A stretch of DNA of 64,000 nt from Squalus acanthias. Its lineage: Eukaryota. Location of the stretch: assembly GCA_030390025.1 (NCBI GenBank), contig CM059436.1, forward strand, positions 39,370,001-39,434,000, in the 5' to 3' direction. Every line of letters begins with the position of its first letter. The first letter of the stretch is position 1. The position numbers and the translations under genes are program-made. This document shows positions 26,526 to 40,625 of the stretch, one piece after another. Under the pieces are notes generated by a model. That model saw only the letters and a list, made by a program, of their open reading frames with translations, did not search any database and was not told the origin of the DNA.

Positions 26526-28987
26526 AAAATAAAAAGTGTTTTATTTTAAACTAATGGTGATCTGAAATTCTTTATACATCATTTTCTATGCTGACCCAGT
26601 GAAAAACCATGTACACAGTTAAATGTTGTGCACTACACATTTTTATGGCTGTAGTCTGTATTTCCTTTACAGATTACAGATGGCTTCCCAGCCTGTAGCA
26701 CCATCAAATTGATATTCTGTGAAATTAGAATGCAATATTTAAAAACTACAATGTGAATCAAGTATAGAGCATAAACACAATTTTTAATAGCCTTGCCTTC
26801 AATGATCGGTCTCAGATGCTTTATTGTCCAAAGTAAATTGTTGACTTTATCGTTACATATTCAGCTTCAACATAGCACACATTTTAAATCTGAAACATTT
26901 CGATGTATGACACTAAACTTTATCAAGTATCTACTGTTACTAAGGAGTGCATTGCCACCTGTGCTTGGATAGACAAAGTAGGAAGAAGTTTTATATTTTT
27001 TGTGGGCGAGGGATATTTCATGGAGATGCTCTATGTATTGATTATGCTGCCATATTATTAAAAGATGCATAATACAATTCTAAATAAAAAGACAAATGAA
27101 CACATAAGCAGAAAAAAAGAAAGTTACAAAATTACACGTTATTATATATCAGGAAATAAGACATATTTACAGACAGGCAGCAAGGTGGTCACAACCCTCT
27201 AAGAATATATATCAGGTGAAAAGGGTAGAATAAGGAATAGTAATTTTGTAAGGTGGGGATAGGGCAGACATCTGGTAGTTCCAAAGCTGCTGCTGCAAAG
27301 CCCCAGGATACAGAGGCAAGCTGTTTCAGCTATCCATAGATTTTCTCCCAAAGGGGGTTGATGAGCCTCTGGGGAAACAGAGAAGAGGAAAAAGTGGGGA
27401 GAGAGAAGAGGTTGGGTTTGCTAAAGTGTATTTGAATAACATGAAAATTAAAATGCAAAACACATTTGTTTATTGTTGCCTAATTTCATCTGTGACAAAA
27501 ACAATACACAAAGTGGGCCATTAGCTGAGCACGGACTAGAATCTGATGGTGCTTGTTGATTATAAATTGTAGTAGATACCTTGTAGGATTCCATGTGACC
27601 TATGAAATTAAAAACCAGCCTTGTAACAATTTTACTGTCATCTGTGTGCCTGCTGTAAAATGGATAATTTAAAATACAAACAAGGTCTGGTTTTGCACTC
27701 TGCAATACCAGATAAAAGGAGCTATCTGAGAGCATGTAATCAAAGATGCAAAAAAGCTGTCTTTTAATCCATATTTCTTTATGGATCTTATTGTTAATTT
27801 GGTCTGTTTGACAGCAAAGTACAGTGTTTATGATACGTTGTTGATGAAAAGCCGAGATTTGCTATGTTAAAACTTGGAACTCAAAAGAATGTTTGCATGT
27901 ATTGGAATATTCATGGGAGCAAGTCGTAAAACTTGGTAGAAATTTACTTTTTTACAATGAAGTATGTTTATACCAGTTTTTTAAAAAATGATTCAAACAC
28001 TCATGCAAGCTTTTTAGTTTTTGACTTTGAGGATCATTATGAATTTATAGGTGTAAAGTGTAGAACCGGGCCTAGCCCAGCTACATCAACACTTACCTTC
28101 CTGTTCAAGTCAGGTGCTTTGTGAATTTATTGTTTTCTACAAATTCTTTATTGCATAAAGTAGTGAATTCCAGCTCCATTTTATCAAGATTTGCCAGTAC
28201 AAGTCAGTACATATAGTAGAATGTTAACGATTTAATAATCCTCCCCAACTGGAAGTAGCTTTTATGCTCTACCAGGTTTGATTGTACACTCAGATCAGTA
28301 ACTCTACTGAGGCTAATTGAACACTTTACTAGTGTGCTGAAGTTAACATTTCAGGCAGAGCATTTTGAACTGGCCAGAACACATTCCTGAATGTATGGGG
28401 GTCATTTCCAGCTTTGCCAAAGTTGAAAATTATCCCCTGTGTCTTCTATTTTTTTATATATGTAAAAGTTGAGCAAGTAAAACAAGACCCTTATTAGTAC
28501 AGAACAAGGCTAGACAGAATAGTTGCCATATTGATAGACACCGTTAACTTATAAGTACTTGAATTGAGCTGTTTTAATCATTCTAATAACTTAATAATAT
28601 CTCACTTAACCCTCATGCTAAGTGGACTTTTTTTAAACTTCTTTTAAATGTAAAAGTTTTTGACTCATTGCATTTAATTTCACCTACTCAAAACTGTTGG
28701 TCTGGGCTTAATCAGAAAAACTGAAAGCTGAAAATAAAATTAAGGTGAGGGAATTGTTTTCAGCATTGATTCCGGGATTAAGTCAGGAAGAGCTGCAACA
28801 TGGCACCTGATATTGGAGACTGCGGGAGAGCGGAAAAAGAAACAAAGATTGAGGATAGAGGGGGAGACATACTGGTGTGGATTGCAAGCTGGTGAGTTTC
28901 TTTGCTCTTCAGGTCATTGAAGCTAGAAAGTGGCATCCTACAGCACTTACCGTACTGTGCTCTCTCTTTTTAGATGTCTGGTTTATT

Positions 28988-29484
28988 GGCCCGGATATTC
29001 CGATCCCTACGGGTGGGTACACGCTGAAAACCGGCATTTCCGATCTAGAGAAGGGCCTCTGCGGGCGGATAGTTCCGCTTCTGGAGATCCTCCGCCCGCA
29101 GAAAACCCTTAGAATTCTTACGCCTTATGCCTGCTTTTACCAGGATAAGAGTTGAAAAAAAGAAAAAAAATATATAATTTTTTTTCCAGTCATTTATCAT
29201 TTAAAAATACTTTAAAAAAGGTAAGTTTATTTTTAGCCCCGTAAAAAACTTTAATTATTTTTTTCAAATATTAAATTTTTGTTTAAAATATTTAATTTAT
29301 TGTAATTTCAACTAATTTTAAAAATGTGATTTAAAAAAAAATGTATTTAATGTTTTAAAGTGTTTTTGGGGTGATCTCCATTCATATATTTGACAGGTCG
29401 ATCTGTCAAGTGTATGAAGGGAGATTCCCTTCTTTGATTGGCTCCCCAGGGACGCGAGAAGCCTCCAATCGGAAAATAGGGCCC
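28988..29484. mobile_element. Non-autonomous Harbinger-type MITE
   Basis: TIRs GGCCCGGATATTCCGAT / ATCGGAAAATAGGGCCC match at 13/17. 3-bp TSD ATT at 28985-28987 and 29485-29487. GC-rich ends around an extremely AT-rich core. Confidence 0.75.
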
Positions 29485-30870
29485 ATTATTTGTTTGCGCC
29501 AACAGTCATACAAGTTTTTGGACATTTGAAAGCAGTGCATGACTGTTTGCGTAGTTTCTAACCTGTGGTGGAATAGTAATCAAAACAGTGGCGATGCAAA
29601 CCAACTTGCACCTATATGGAATATAAGCCTAAAAATGTTTGGTGACAGTAATAGTGGACAAACACTTAATGGGTTCATGTAATATCCTTCTGTCTGAGGT
29701 GTTAACTCACAAAATAGCAAATAAGGAATGACATATGAATGCATTGTGTGATTGTCCACTAATATTGGACCTACAATGATTAAAACCTCTGTATGCAAAT
29801 TACATTGTACTGCATCGCTAACATGAAACTAACCATTTGGCCTTATCGGAAAGGATCCTCACAATTAAGTGAAAGACATTTTATACTTTTTAGATGAGGG
29901 ATAGGAAAAAGAGGTATGCCTTTCACTGAGGGCAGAGGGTTAACCATTACTTTTAAAAGCAGTACAGTATGTGTTAGTAGTAAAAGTAGGTCAGTGCATT
30001 TAAAGCATTAAATCACCTCTTTAGTCCAGTAGATTTAACACAGACTTATTCAAATGATCATCAGTCTACTCAAGTTGCGCATAGAGCCAAATTCACCCAG
30101 CAGCTCCAACAATAACCATCACAGGCCTCAGAGGGTTAGTAACTGACCAGAGCTGTAGTTTGATGATGTTACATAGACTGACAGATCAACAACAATGTAG
30201 ATGCTTTAGGGAAAGAGTGTGTACAAGGCCTGGATAGCCCAAATACAGCTGTAGTATTAGTAATGTGATCTCACTATAAATAAGAACCTATGAATCACTC
30301 AAGTCTGAGACTGCACACAGATGCAGATATATTTGTGTAGTATAGGGTATCACTTAATGTTAAAGTGATGGTATTAAAAGGAGTGAAAGGTCTTACAGTC
30401 CTCTTAATTTGCCTTGTAAATTGTTTGTCCATGTTTCTCACTATGTACCAAATTACATGATGGTTTGTCAAACCAAATGATTCTTTACATGTATAAAGGA
30501 ACTCAGAATCACAGTAAAATGTGATTCTTGTTGTTCTTTCAGTCAAAGTTCTTTCATTAAACAGTTTTCCAATGTCACTTATGTAGCACATTTCTCTCTT
30601 CTGACATTTATAAGTAACTTTGTTTCAAGTGTAATTCAGAAATAAGAGGGTCCCAGTTAAATTTAGAGCCTTTAACATTAAACATTAAACCACATTTCAG
30701 TACGTAAAAAAAAAAAACATTAAAATGAAATCTTGCCAGTGAAATAAAAATAACAATTGCAGTTAGTTAATCCCTTGTGCTGTATAGCAGAAATAAGTGG
30801 TCTATGGTTGCTGTGGTTTGGAATGGAATGATTAAGGATAGCATTGTTCCAGTAAAAGTTCAGATGTTAT

Positions 30871-31702
30871 GGCCTAGAAATTCAATAGCGCCATTCCCAT
30901 TTTTCAGTTGCCAAAGCCTCCAATATGGTGGGCAAGAAGCACGCACTCAGTTCAAGCCAAAAGTGCACTGCCCGCATATTGGATTGGGCTTCTCCGTGGA
31001 CGTCCAGAACTATTTAAAGCAATGAGTAACTTATGTAAATAAGGCTCCTACTCTTGTTGGAGGACCCTTTTCTGATTTTGGTATGCCAATTTTAGTATGG
31101 TCTGGAAGCCCCTGTCAACATTGGCCCCCAATGCCAAGATGGCAGCCATCTGAGCTTCCATGGCAGATGTGAGAGATGTTAATGGAGCTGACCGCAGGTC
31201 CATGTTGGATAGAATGTCATGTAGGGCGTGTAGGCTGAGATAGAATAAGGGAAAAAGATGATGAGGTGTGAGGAAACAGCAACAACAACTTGTATTTTTA
31301 AATCGCCTTTAATGTAGTAAAACGTCCCAAGGTGCTGCAAACCCTCCGCAACATCTCCTCCAGCGATGCTAGTCACCATGGCAATGCCTCTGCCCCTTCA
31401 CATGATGGCCAACACGCTTTCTACAAGGGGTAGAGGGTGTGCAGGCGGGCCCGGCCTCCTCTGCTGGCAGCCTGTTGTTTGGAGTTGTTTTTGGGTGCGA
31501 TTGTATTTCTCGGCCTGTATAACTCTACAGATACTCAGTATTTAATTACGGACCGAGCACTGGACAGGATAGCAGCGTAGCCTTCAGCTCATTCGGATGG
31601 GATATTAGAATCCAATGCAGATCCCAAATTTGCATAACTCAATTTCACTGGGCTGCTATGTCAGTATTTTTGTGCCAGGATGCTGAACTGTGCAATTTGC
31701 AG
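30871..31702. mobile_element. Probable degenerate Harbinger-type element containing a short SINE tail
   Basis: Begins GGCCTAGAAATT, like the other TIRs in the window; GC-rich interior; right end unresolved. Minus-strand SINE 3' tail at ~31280-31340 (AACAACAACTTGTATTTTTAAATCGCCTTT...CCCAAGGTGCT) resembles the tail at 49528-49590. Confidence 0.45.
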
Positions 31703-33737
31703 CTGCATTAGCATATCTCAGTTTCAAAATGGCACTGAAAGTAACCAGAGGTAGGTCATCCTACGGTCCCAGCAGATGGAGGAACAGGATCTGCGGGACT
31801 CACGATATAAATGGAAGATCGGGTGCGGCACAGGAAAAGATCCACGCCATGGGAAGTCCACTCCAGCACTGCTCCTGAGCAGCTGACTTCAGTATTTCTG
31901 TATGTTCTTTTTACCTTCAAATTCTTAGATGTACCCTGCTTCTCCAGTTTACAGGCACAGCAAATCAGTACTATAACACTGGATCTCTGTTGTGGAGCAC
32001 TGAAAAAGTAAGATCCGAATAGATCAGGCTGGAACATTTTGGTGTTTTCTCACTTCAATACATTACTTGCCTTGAAGCTTGAGTGTGACAGTCTTGGCAC
32101 ATGCAGTATCATATACATTAACCTACTTGCTTGGTAATTGCCTTTTGTTTTCAGCTTAGTAAATGGTTTGCTTTCTCCTGTGCCTCTCCCAATTGATACA
32201 AGTGTGCAGAGACACAAATAATCAGGTTATTAATGTGCACAGCTTTGTGGTGCCTTCCTCTTGCTCCGAGCGTCTGCCAGGATAACAAAAGACTTGTACG
32301 TGTTGCATTCGGGCACATTTCCACCACACCGAATCGCCAGTCTATGAGGTCTCATTCGGGTTAATGCAACAGCAGTCAGGCGTCTGTGATGAAGCTGTAT
32401 TCCTGTTCCTGCCAAAGTAATTTCTGAGCAAAAATAAAAGGTTCAAGGCTTGTCAGCATTAGCAGCTAGATAGCTGCTTAGACCTAATGAGAAATTGGAC
32501 ATTGCTAGACTCTGAGCTATCTTGCCAGAGTCATTTTTCCTGCTTGCCTTTTGTCGGAACGACAGAAAGAGATGTTGTTCAATTAAAACCTCTGACCTGT
32601 TGTGGGCTCTTGGAGGCAGCCCATTTCATGCTGGTGATGTGAGTGATTGGCAAAATTTAGACAGTTTTGAACCATGCAACATTTTTCAATGTTGCTGTTA
32701 GATTCAAAGCAACAAAAAAAAAATCATTGACACTTCCTGTTAGCTGGTTTCCGTGGTGACACACATTCCCAGGAGAAATTTGATATAATTAAATTAGGCT
32801 TCTTTTGAGGTCAATAAATTAAAAGGATAGATTGTCCTTAAGGCAGTGATCCCTCTTGGATTTACTATAAACTGCAATTCCATGTTTCTTTTTTAATAGT
32901 CGTAGGAGTGCTACAAATAAAATTGACTTAAAAATTATACTTCTGTTTCCCTGCCCTAAATATTCATACATACTATACTGTCTATTGGCAGAAAAGTTTG
33001 TATTTTATTGGGAAAGTAATTAAAGATTGGCAAGGATACACACTCTTACATTGAGCATCTGTTTAAAATTTAAATTAAAATGGAAAATGTTATCAATGTA
33101 GCATTTCTTCCTCTTGATATGACAGAAATACCTTAATGATTTCCATTTATTTTTTTATAATATTTTTTAATTTAAAATATGTGAATGTCATGATTTGGTT
33201 TTGAAGTATGACCAATAGAAACTCCTTTTCGTCAATGTGCTTCCCATGTTTTTGATAAGGATATCCTTTCAAAAACCTTCTTGCTATCATATTAGTCTGT
33301 ATTTATGCACATCCCTTCATAAAACAGACAAGCTACCTGGAACTTTGGTTACTAATTGAAGTATTTTCTAGTTGATGGGGAAAGAATATGGAAATGTAAT
33401 ACCTTGTACATTATTTTGTCATTAAAATGTTTTCTTGGATTTGTTTCATATATGCTAACAATGCATTGAATATGATGCTTCTTATTGCTAACACGATTTA
33501 AAATCTCTTTTAATCTGTATTGCAGAGGTACAAATTCACAAGTAGTTATTGAATATTGTCAAGTTAATAGTTCTATAAAACCATTATTTAAATTTTAAAC
33601 TGTATGCCAATCGAGCAGTCTCTGAAGAAAAACAATTCCGTATTAATTCAAGTCGTCCATCATGGTGAACCATCGATTTGGTAATGAGCATTTGTATTTT
33701 CATTGTATTTTTAAATGCTATTTTTCTTCTTTTTCAG

Positions 33738-33848
33738 GCGTGCGCTTAGATAGAGTACGTGGAGGACGGCAGAAGTACAAGCGCAGGATAGACGCAGAGA
33801 ACAGCCCTTACTTGAACCCTCAGCTGGTTCAACCAGCCAAAAAGCCAT
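33738..33848 (+). CDS. ESRRG: ESRRG coding exon: C-terminal extension of the DNA-binding domain and hinge (111 nt)
   Basis: ttttcAG acceptor at 33736-33737; donor GTAAG at 33849. Encodes (G)[36 protein letters not shown], the ERR-gamma hinge. Confidence 0.97.
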
Positions 33849-36372
33849 GTAAGGACAAAGAATTAATTTATATGATATTGTACAGGAAGCCTATTAGCAT
33901 ATAAAGCTTCAGCACATTAATTTACAAACCAGTGAAACAATAGCATGTCTTATCTATTTCCGTGTACTCACCCTGCACACACAACCAGTTAAAGAGTTTG
34001 CAAACAGATGGGAGTGATGATAGGGCAGAGCTAATCCAGTCTCCATTTTATAAATCGCCAGAGTTTGTTTTTCATCAAGGGTAGCATGGTGTACTTTGTG
34101 AAAAATGATGTACAGCCATGTGGAAATATTTTGAATTGTCCATATTTTGTTTTCTATGCAGTTCAATTAAACAGACAGTGCTTTTCACAGCAGTGGTGCT
34201 GCAAATGTATTTTCTCTTAAATTATAATTTGGTTAGCGACGGATTCATCAGATATTTTTTAAAGAGATTTTGTTTTATTTTGTGGTTTCCTAAAAGTTCG
34301 AAAACCCTTTGAAATTGTAATTTTGTTTATATTTGTGTCCCATGACTGTGATTTAAAATGAGGATTATTAAACAATGTGGAACATTGACAGTATTAAACA
34401 CATCTGTGGTATGTTTTCTCTGAGCCTCTAAGCTAACCATAGTGTTAAACTCAAAACACTAGAATGAAGATTACAAATCCTGCATAAGCTGGATATTGTC
34501 TTTTTAAATCTTTAAGCTTTTATGATGAGACTTTGCCATCAAGAGAGTACATGTTAAATTTTAGGTGCTATTCCCCCTCCATTCTCTTTATTTGACTGTT
34601 AAAGAAGATAGTAAAGAATAAATATGGTATAAAAAAATCATCAATGTTGCATTGCAAACCTGATTGAATAACTGGATTATTTCTTTCAAGTTGACTACAT
34701 TTATTTTTATTGGCAAATAGTTCAAAATCACACACATTTGTATGGGCCCATATTAATAATTATTTTGGCCACAAGAAATGTACAATAATTTGAATGCATG
34801 GCTCTATGTGTGCCTTTTGAGCACAGTTGTGCATAGCCATGGACAAGACAGTAGCTGTTTGTATTTTCCAGCATATTCTTTCTATTAAATAATAAATAAT
34901 TAAGTATAGCTGAAAGCAATTCATGGAATTTCAGATGTTAATCGGACTAGAGCTCACACTTTTACAAGGGAGGGCATTGTGTGCAATATACCTTATTGAT
35001 GAAACATTGCACTCACATTTACATTTCTGTAAATTACATTATATTAGGATTTTGCAATGAAGCCTTGTCTATCAGAATCCAATTTTTAATATAGATATCC
35101 AAATAAAAGAACATGTTTAGTACTTTTAATGTTACCCTGACATCACACCCATCTATTTTTTCCAGGTCCTTAAGTAGTTAGAATGATAAATCCTTACAAA
35201 GCCTTTAATTTGTACCTTATCTTAAAACTGAGTTAATTTAATCCATCTTAAAAATTCAAAAAGTCAGATATATGTAATTTTTAAAGATGTGTACTCTATC
35301 TGTCAGGATTCCTGCTAGAAATATACAAGAATGTAATTTTGTGGACCCTGGGGGAAACCATACTAAGTTATTAAAAGTGAAGTAGAGTGTATTCACCTTA
35401 TACTTCGCTGGAGGTGACACCATTTTAAGTTCCCCTAGATTTATATGTAGAAAAAATTCAGAATAACTGGAATCAGGAATGGAAGATTTTCTTCTAAACA
35501 TATGCATGCTATAATGATATTTCCTGACAAAATATAAGTATTGCAGCTATGGTACGGAGCACATCCTCTTTATGATTTCCTGTGCCGTTGTAGTATTTAA
35601 AAAAACCTGGGATCATTTCCCTATCTTTCACTAATCCAGACTAGCAATTAATTGTAATGTCTGTCTGTCACGCCACTTGACTGAAAACCTCAACTGGTTG
35701 TAAAATACAAAATCCCATACAGACCTGACTATCAGAGATGTCTACAGTCATATTTAACTTGATATTCTTGAGTATATGAGCCACACATACAACCCCCTCC
35801 CCCTCCCTGTTAAAATTGCTAGGTAATGTGTTTAAAGCTTATTTTTAAAAAGGTTAGCTTAAAAAGATATACATTTCTTTGCACCTATTTGGTTTCTCTA
35901 AATTCTGAATTTATCGTAATTTCTTTATAATCCTTTCCAATCCACAAAAATCTGACTATTAATAAGATTGCATTGTTCTGTGTTATTTATTTTGGATAGT
36001 TTTACCACTTGCCGATCATTACTCGTTATCTAAGAGCTGTTGTGTTGATTTTCTGCAGTTCATTTAATTAGCAATTTTTAAAAAAAAATAAACATTTGCA
36101 AAATACATGGTCAATTTTCGACTTGTGTCAGGAAGTGCAGCATGTCTTGTACCTTCGATGTAGTCTAAGAGATTTTCTGGGTCCTGATTGATTATTTGTG
36201 CATAACAAAGCCATTCTGATGAAAATTGGGTTGTATTGATTCTAATTAAGGCAACATTAAATAAGATTTACCAAGAGATACCGCTTGCAGCTACTCAATT
36301 CCCTGAGTGATGAGGCTGTCTAAACTGATGCAAACATTTCTTGCTTTCTCTTGCCTGGGCCTTCTATTCTAG

Positions 36373-36534
36373 TCAACAAGATTGTCTCGCACTTGCTTGT
36401 GGCTGAGCCAGAGAAGATCTACGCCATGCCTGATCCCACCGTTCCTGACAGTGACATCAAAGCCCTCACTACACTGTGCGATCTGGCAGACCGTGAGCTG
36501 GTGGTCATCATTGGATGGGCAAAGCATATTCCAG
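36373..36534 (+). CDS. ESRRG: ESRRG coding exon: start of the ligand-binding domain (162 nt)
   Basis: ttctAG acceptor at 36371-36372; donor GTAC at 36535. Encodes (F)[53 protein letters not shown](G). Phase is compatible with the previous exon. Confidence 0.97.
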
Positions 36535-38547
36535 GTACAAAAAGAAAACCCAAAAAAACACGTTGTTAAATGTGTCACTAAGATGAAAAAAAATTGCCCT
36601 TTAAGTGTTTGGTGCTGAACTTTCATCAGTTGAGGTGCTACAAAAAATGACATTGTTAGCAGCTTTGTTTTTCTATTGAAAACCCATCAGCTTTCACCGA
36701 GTTATCACATTACCCAACTAACTGAGCAGGACTAATTAACCGTGCTTGTGATTTTATCAAGATTTATTTTGGTGATGTTCATTTGTGGGATGCATTTGGT
36801 AGCTCATCTATATCCACTGTTAGTTCTGTTTGAGTTGGGGAAAACTGCGTTTATTGTTGGTGGGAATGGGAACTCGGAAGGTGAGTTCAGTGCCATTACC
36901 CACACAAATTTACCACTTCATCATCACTACCATCTCATTCATTGATGTGTGTTAAGTAAAACACATTGCATTTGGTTTCACCCAACCTTTTATAGTTAAG
37001 CTCCCTGGCTTTGAAACATTTGTGTGTTTAAGTTCACAGCAGTAAAAGCCTACCTTTTACTTTCTGAACTAGATGGGGACAGTAGGAGATTTAAATTTCA
37101 CTGAGTTATACTGGACACCATTGTTATTTGTAATGAAGCAAGACCCGCATTTTCATTAACCACCTTCAATTCTGGTCCTAGAGACCTTTGTACGAAAAAG
37201 TTACAGTTGGTAGAGATCGCTGAAGTAACTCAACAAACACTGAAGGACTGAGTTACTGAGATGAGCACAAAGAAAGATCAAGCATAATAGAGAGAGAGAG
37301 AAAATAGAGAGAAAAAAGAACAGAGTAAGTGGGGGTTGGGGGGAACAATCTTCATGTGGCCATGCACACTGGACATCTCTATGATGGACACATGAGCCAC
37401 AACAGCAATAAAGCCTCCCTGTCCCAAAAAGTAAGCCATCCAGAATGCACAAAACTCTGCAAAACTAGCACCAATAGAACTAGTCCAACCTCCGCCTTCC
37501 AGGCCCAAACCCTTTCCATAAGTGCTCTGAGTCCCCTCGCCTGATCCAAATGATAAGCAAAACCCTTGAGTTGCAATTGCAAGACATCAATGAGAAGGAA
37601 AGCGGCAACATCAGATCAGTACAGATAACATATGCGAAACACTATGCTCTACCTCATAAATTACTTATCAGCAATGCCACGGGTGATCTATTTGTATTAT
37701 CTAAAGAATACTGTGGATTGAGAAAAGGTTCCAGGGTGTCCATGTTTATTTTTATTTTGTAGTATTCAGGTTTAGAACATTCTGAAAACTAACATGTACA
37801 ATTGGCTGTTTATTGTCTCATGCAATTTGGACAATTGGAAGTTACTGGCTAGATAAACATCTTATTTAGATCATATTTCTTGTCCTGTTTTGTTTTAAAT
37901 ATAACATAAGGTATATACTGAAACTTGTCTCCTGATTAGAATCTTGCAACATGAAGTAGGTTTAGATAAGCTAATAATAGTTTATTACTTAAGTTACTTT
38001 CTATTAAAATTTAGTGTCTCAGTTTCTTAGTGCAGAAGTGTTTAAGCTTTTTGTCTTTGTGGGAACTCAGATGCATACAATGGAGCTTTGGGCAGCTACC
38101 AATAAAGTTTAAATCAATATTTCCATTAGCTTCCACATCTCATCTTCTTGGTACTAAAAGATCTTTGTATTCTGATTTAGGATTTATCCACCAATAAAGC
38201 ATCATCACTAAACATGGCCCTTTTCAAGCCTCCATGTAAAATGTAGCCAGGTTATATTTTATTTGTATTACAGTTGAATATTTAAATTATACTCCACCTT
38301 CGTACCTTAAAGGAGTAAGTTATTTGGGAAGGTACTTTTAATGCAAAGTACTCCAATTGTCAAGTGAAGTGAGAATCCTTACCATGTATCCCTACCATAG
38401 TCAAACGAAGGAATTATGATACCATTTGATAGAAGGTTTGATCCCTGGATTGGTTCTCGAGGATATGATTCTGTAGAACCAAGCAAACCATCTATAATTC
38501 TACAGTCACACAAACAAAAAGAAAATACTGCAGATGCTGGAAATCTG

Positions 38548-38962
38548 AAATATAAACAGAGAATGCTGGAAATACTCAGCAGGTCAGGCAGCATCTGTGA
38601 AGAGAGAAACAGAGTTAACGTTTCAGCTCGATGACCTTTCGTCAGAACTGGAAAAAAGCAGGAAATGTAACAGATTTTTAAGCAAGTGTAGTGGCTGGGA
38701 AATGGGGGAGGGGATGAAAGAACAAAAGGGAAGGCCTGTGATAGGCTGGAAGGCAGGAGACATTAAGAGACATTGAGAGACATTAAGAGATATTCAAGGC
38801 AAAAGGAGATGGTAATGGGACAGGTTAAGAAACAAAGGATGGCTCTAGATGAAGTGTAAATTGCGCTGGCAGAATGAAAGACAGCTGCCCTGTGGGAGAG
38901 AAGAACAGAACAAAAGTGTGGATAAAAAAAATATATATATGTTATGATCTGAAATTGTTGAA
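38548..38962. repeat. Left arm of the ~415-bp inverted repeat (PLE 3' UTR / pseudo-LTR)
   Basis: Near-identical reverse complement of 40626-41040; includes a 10-bp GAGACATTAA-type tandem repeat. Confidence 0.95.
38613..38649 (-). ncRNA. Second minimal hammerhead motif copy (element sense strand) with one stem II mismatch
   Basis: Reverse complement reads AGTT-CTGACGA-A-AGGTC-ATC-GAGCT-GAAA-CGTT-AACT. Confidence 0.55.
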
Positions 38963-40625
38963 TTCTGTGTTGAGTCCAGAAGGCTGTAAAGTGCCTAATC
39001 AAAAGATCAGGTGCTGTTCCTCGAGCTTACGCTGAGCTTCCGTGGAACAATGCAAGAGGCCGAGGACGGTGAGGTCTGAGTGGGAGTGAAGCGGAGAATT
39101 AAAGTGACAGGCCACTGGGAGCTCGGGATCCCCCTTACGGACTGAATGGAGGTGTTCCACAAAGCGGTCACCCAATCTGCGTTTGGTCTCCCCAATGTAG
39201 AAGAGACCACATTGTGAGCAGCGAATACAGTATACTAAATTGCAAGAAGTACAAGTAAATCACTGTTTCACCTAGAAGGGGTGTTTGGGGCCCTGGACAG
39301 TGGGAAGTGGGGAGGTATAAGGGCATGTCTTGCATCTCCTGCGCTTGCACGGGAAGGTGCCGGGCGAAGGAGAAGGGGTGTTAGGGGCGATAGAGGAGTG
39401 GACTAGGGTGTCGCGGAGGGAGCGGTCCCTACGGAATGCTGAAAGGAGAGGTGAGGGGAAGATGCGTTTGGTGGTGGGATCACGCTGGAGGTGGCGGAAA
39501 TGGCGGAGGATGATCCGTTGAATGTGGAGGCTGGTGGGGTGAAAGGTGAGGACAAGGGGAACTCTATATTGTGGTGCCGGGAGGGAGGGGCAGGGGTGAG
39601 GGTAGAAGTGCGGGAGATAGAACGGACACGGTTAAGGGCCGTGTCAATCACTGTAGAGGGGAATCCTCGGTTGAGTTAAAAGGAAGACATGTTGGAAGCA
39701 CTGATATGGAAGGTGGCATCGTCAGAGCAGTTGCGGCGGAGACGGAGAAACTGGGAGAATGGAATAGAGTCCGGGGTGGGAGGAAGTGTAGTCCAGGTAG
39801 CTGTGGGAGTCAGTGGGCTTGTAGTGAATGTTGGTCAATAACCTATCCCCAGAGATGGAGACGGAGAAGTCGAGGAAGGGAAGGGAAGAGTCGGAGATGG
39901 ACCATGTGAAGGTGAGGGAAGGGTGGAAATTGGAAGCAAAGTGAATGAAATTATCTAGTTCAGGGCGAGAGCAGGAAACGGCACCGATATAGTCATCAAT
40001 GTACCGGAAAAAGAGGTGAGGGAGGGGACCTGTGTAGGACTGGAACAAAGAGTGTTCCACATATCCCACGAAAAGGTAGGCATAGCTAGGACCCATGCGG
40101 GTTCCCATAGCTACACCTTTGATTTGGAGGAAGTGAGTGGAGTCAAAGGGGAAGTTGTTCAATGTGAGAACAAGTTCAGCCAGGCGGAGGAGGGTGGTGG
40201 TGGATGGGGACTGGTTGGGCCTCTGTTCAAGAAAGAAGCGGAGCGACCTCAGGCCATCCTGGTGGGGGATGGAGGTGTAGAGGGATTGTACGTCCATAGT
40301 GAAAAGGAGGCGGTTGGGGCCAGGAAACTGGAAACTGTTAAAGTGGCGGAGGGCGTCGGAAGAGTCGTGGATGTAGGTGGGAAGAGACTAGACAAGGGGA
40401 GAAAAAATAGAGTCGAGATAGGAAGAGATAAGTTCCGTGGGGCAAGAACAGGCTGAAACGATGGGTCTACCAGGGCAGTCCTGTTTGTGGATTTTGGGAA
40501 GGAGGTAGAAGCGGGCTGTGCGGGGTTGGGGAACTATGAGGTTGGCGGTCGTGGGGGGAAGATCTCCAGAGGAGATGAGGTCAGTGACAGTCTTGGAAAT
40601 GGTGGCTTGATGTTCGGCAGTGGGG

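Noticed and set aside
33662-33904. ORFs 33662..33904 and 36351..36569 as standalone genes
   Set aside because: Each is an ESRRG exon plus in-frame intronic flanks.
38757-38796. GAGACATTAA-type short tandem repeat as a CRISPR-like array
   Set aside because: 10-bp units with no spacers, inside a eukaryotic retroelement UTR.
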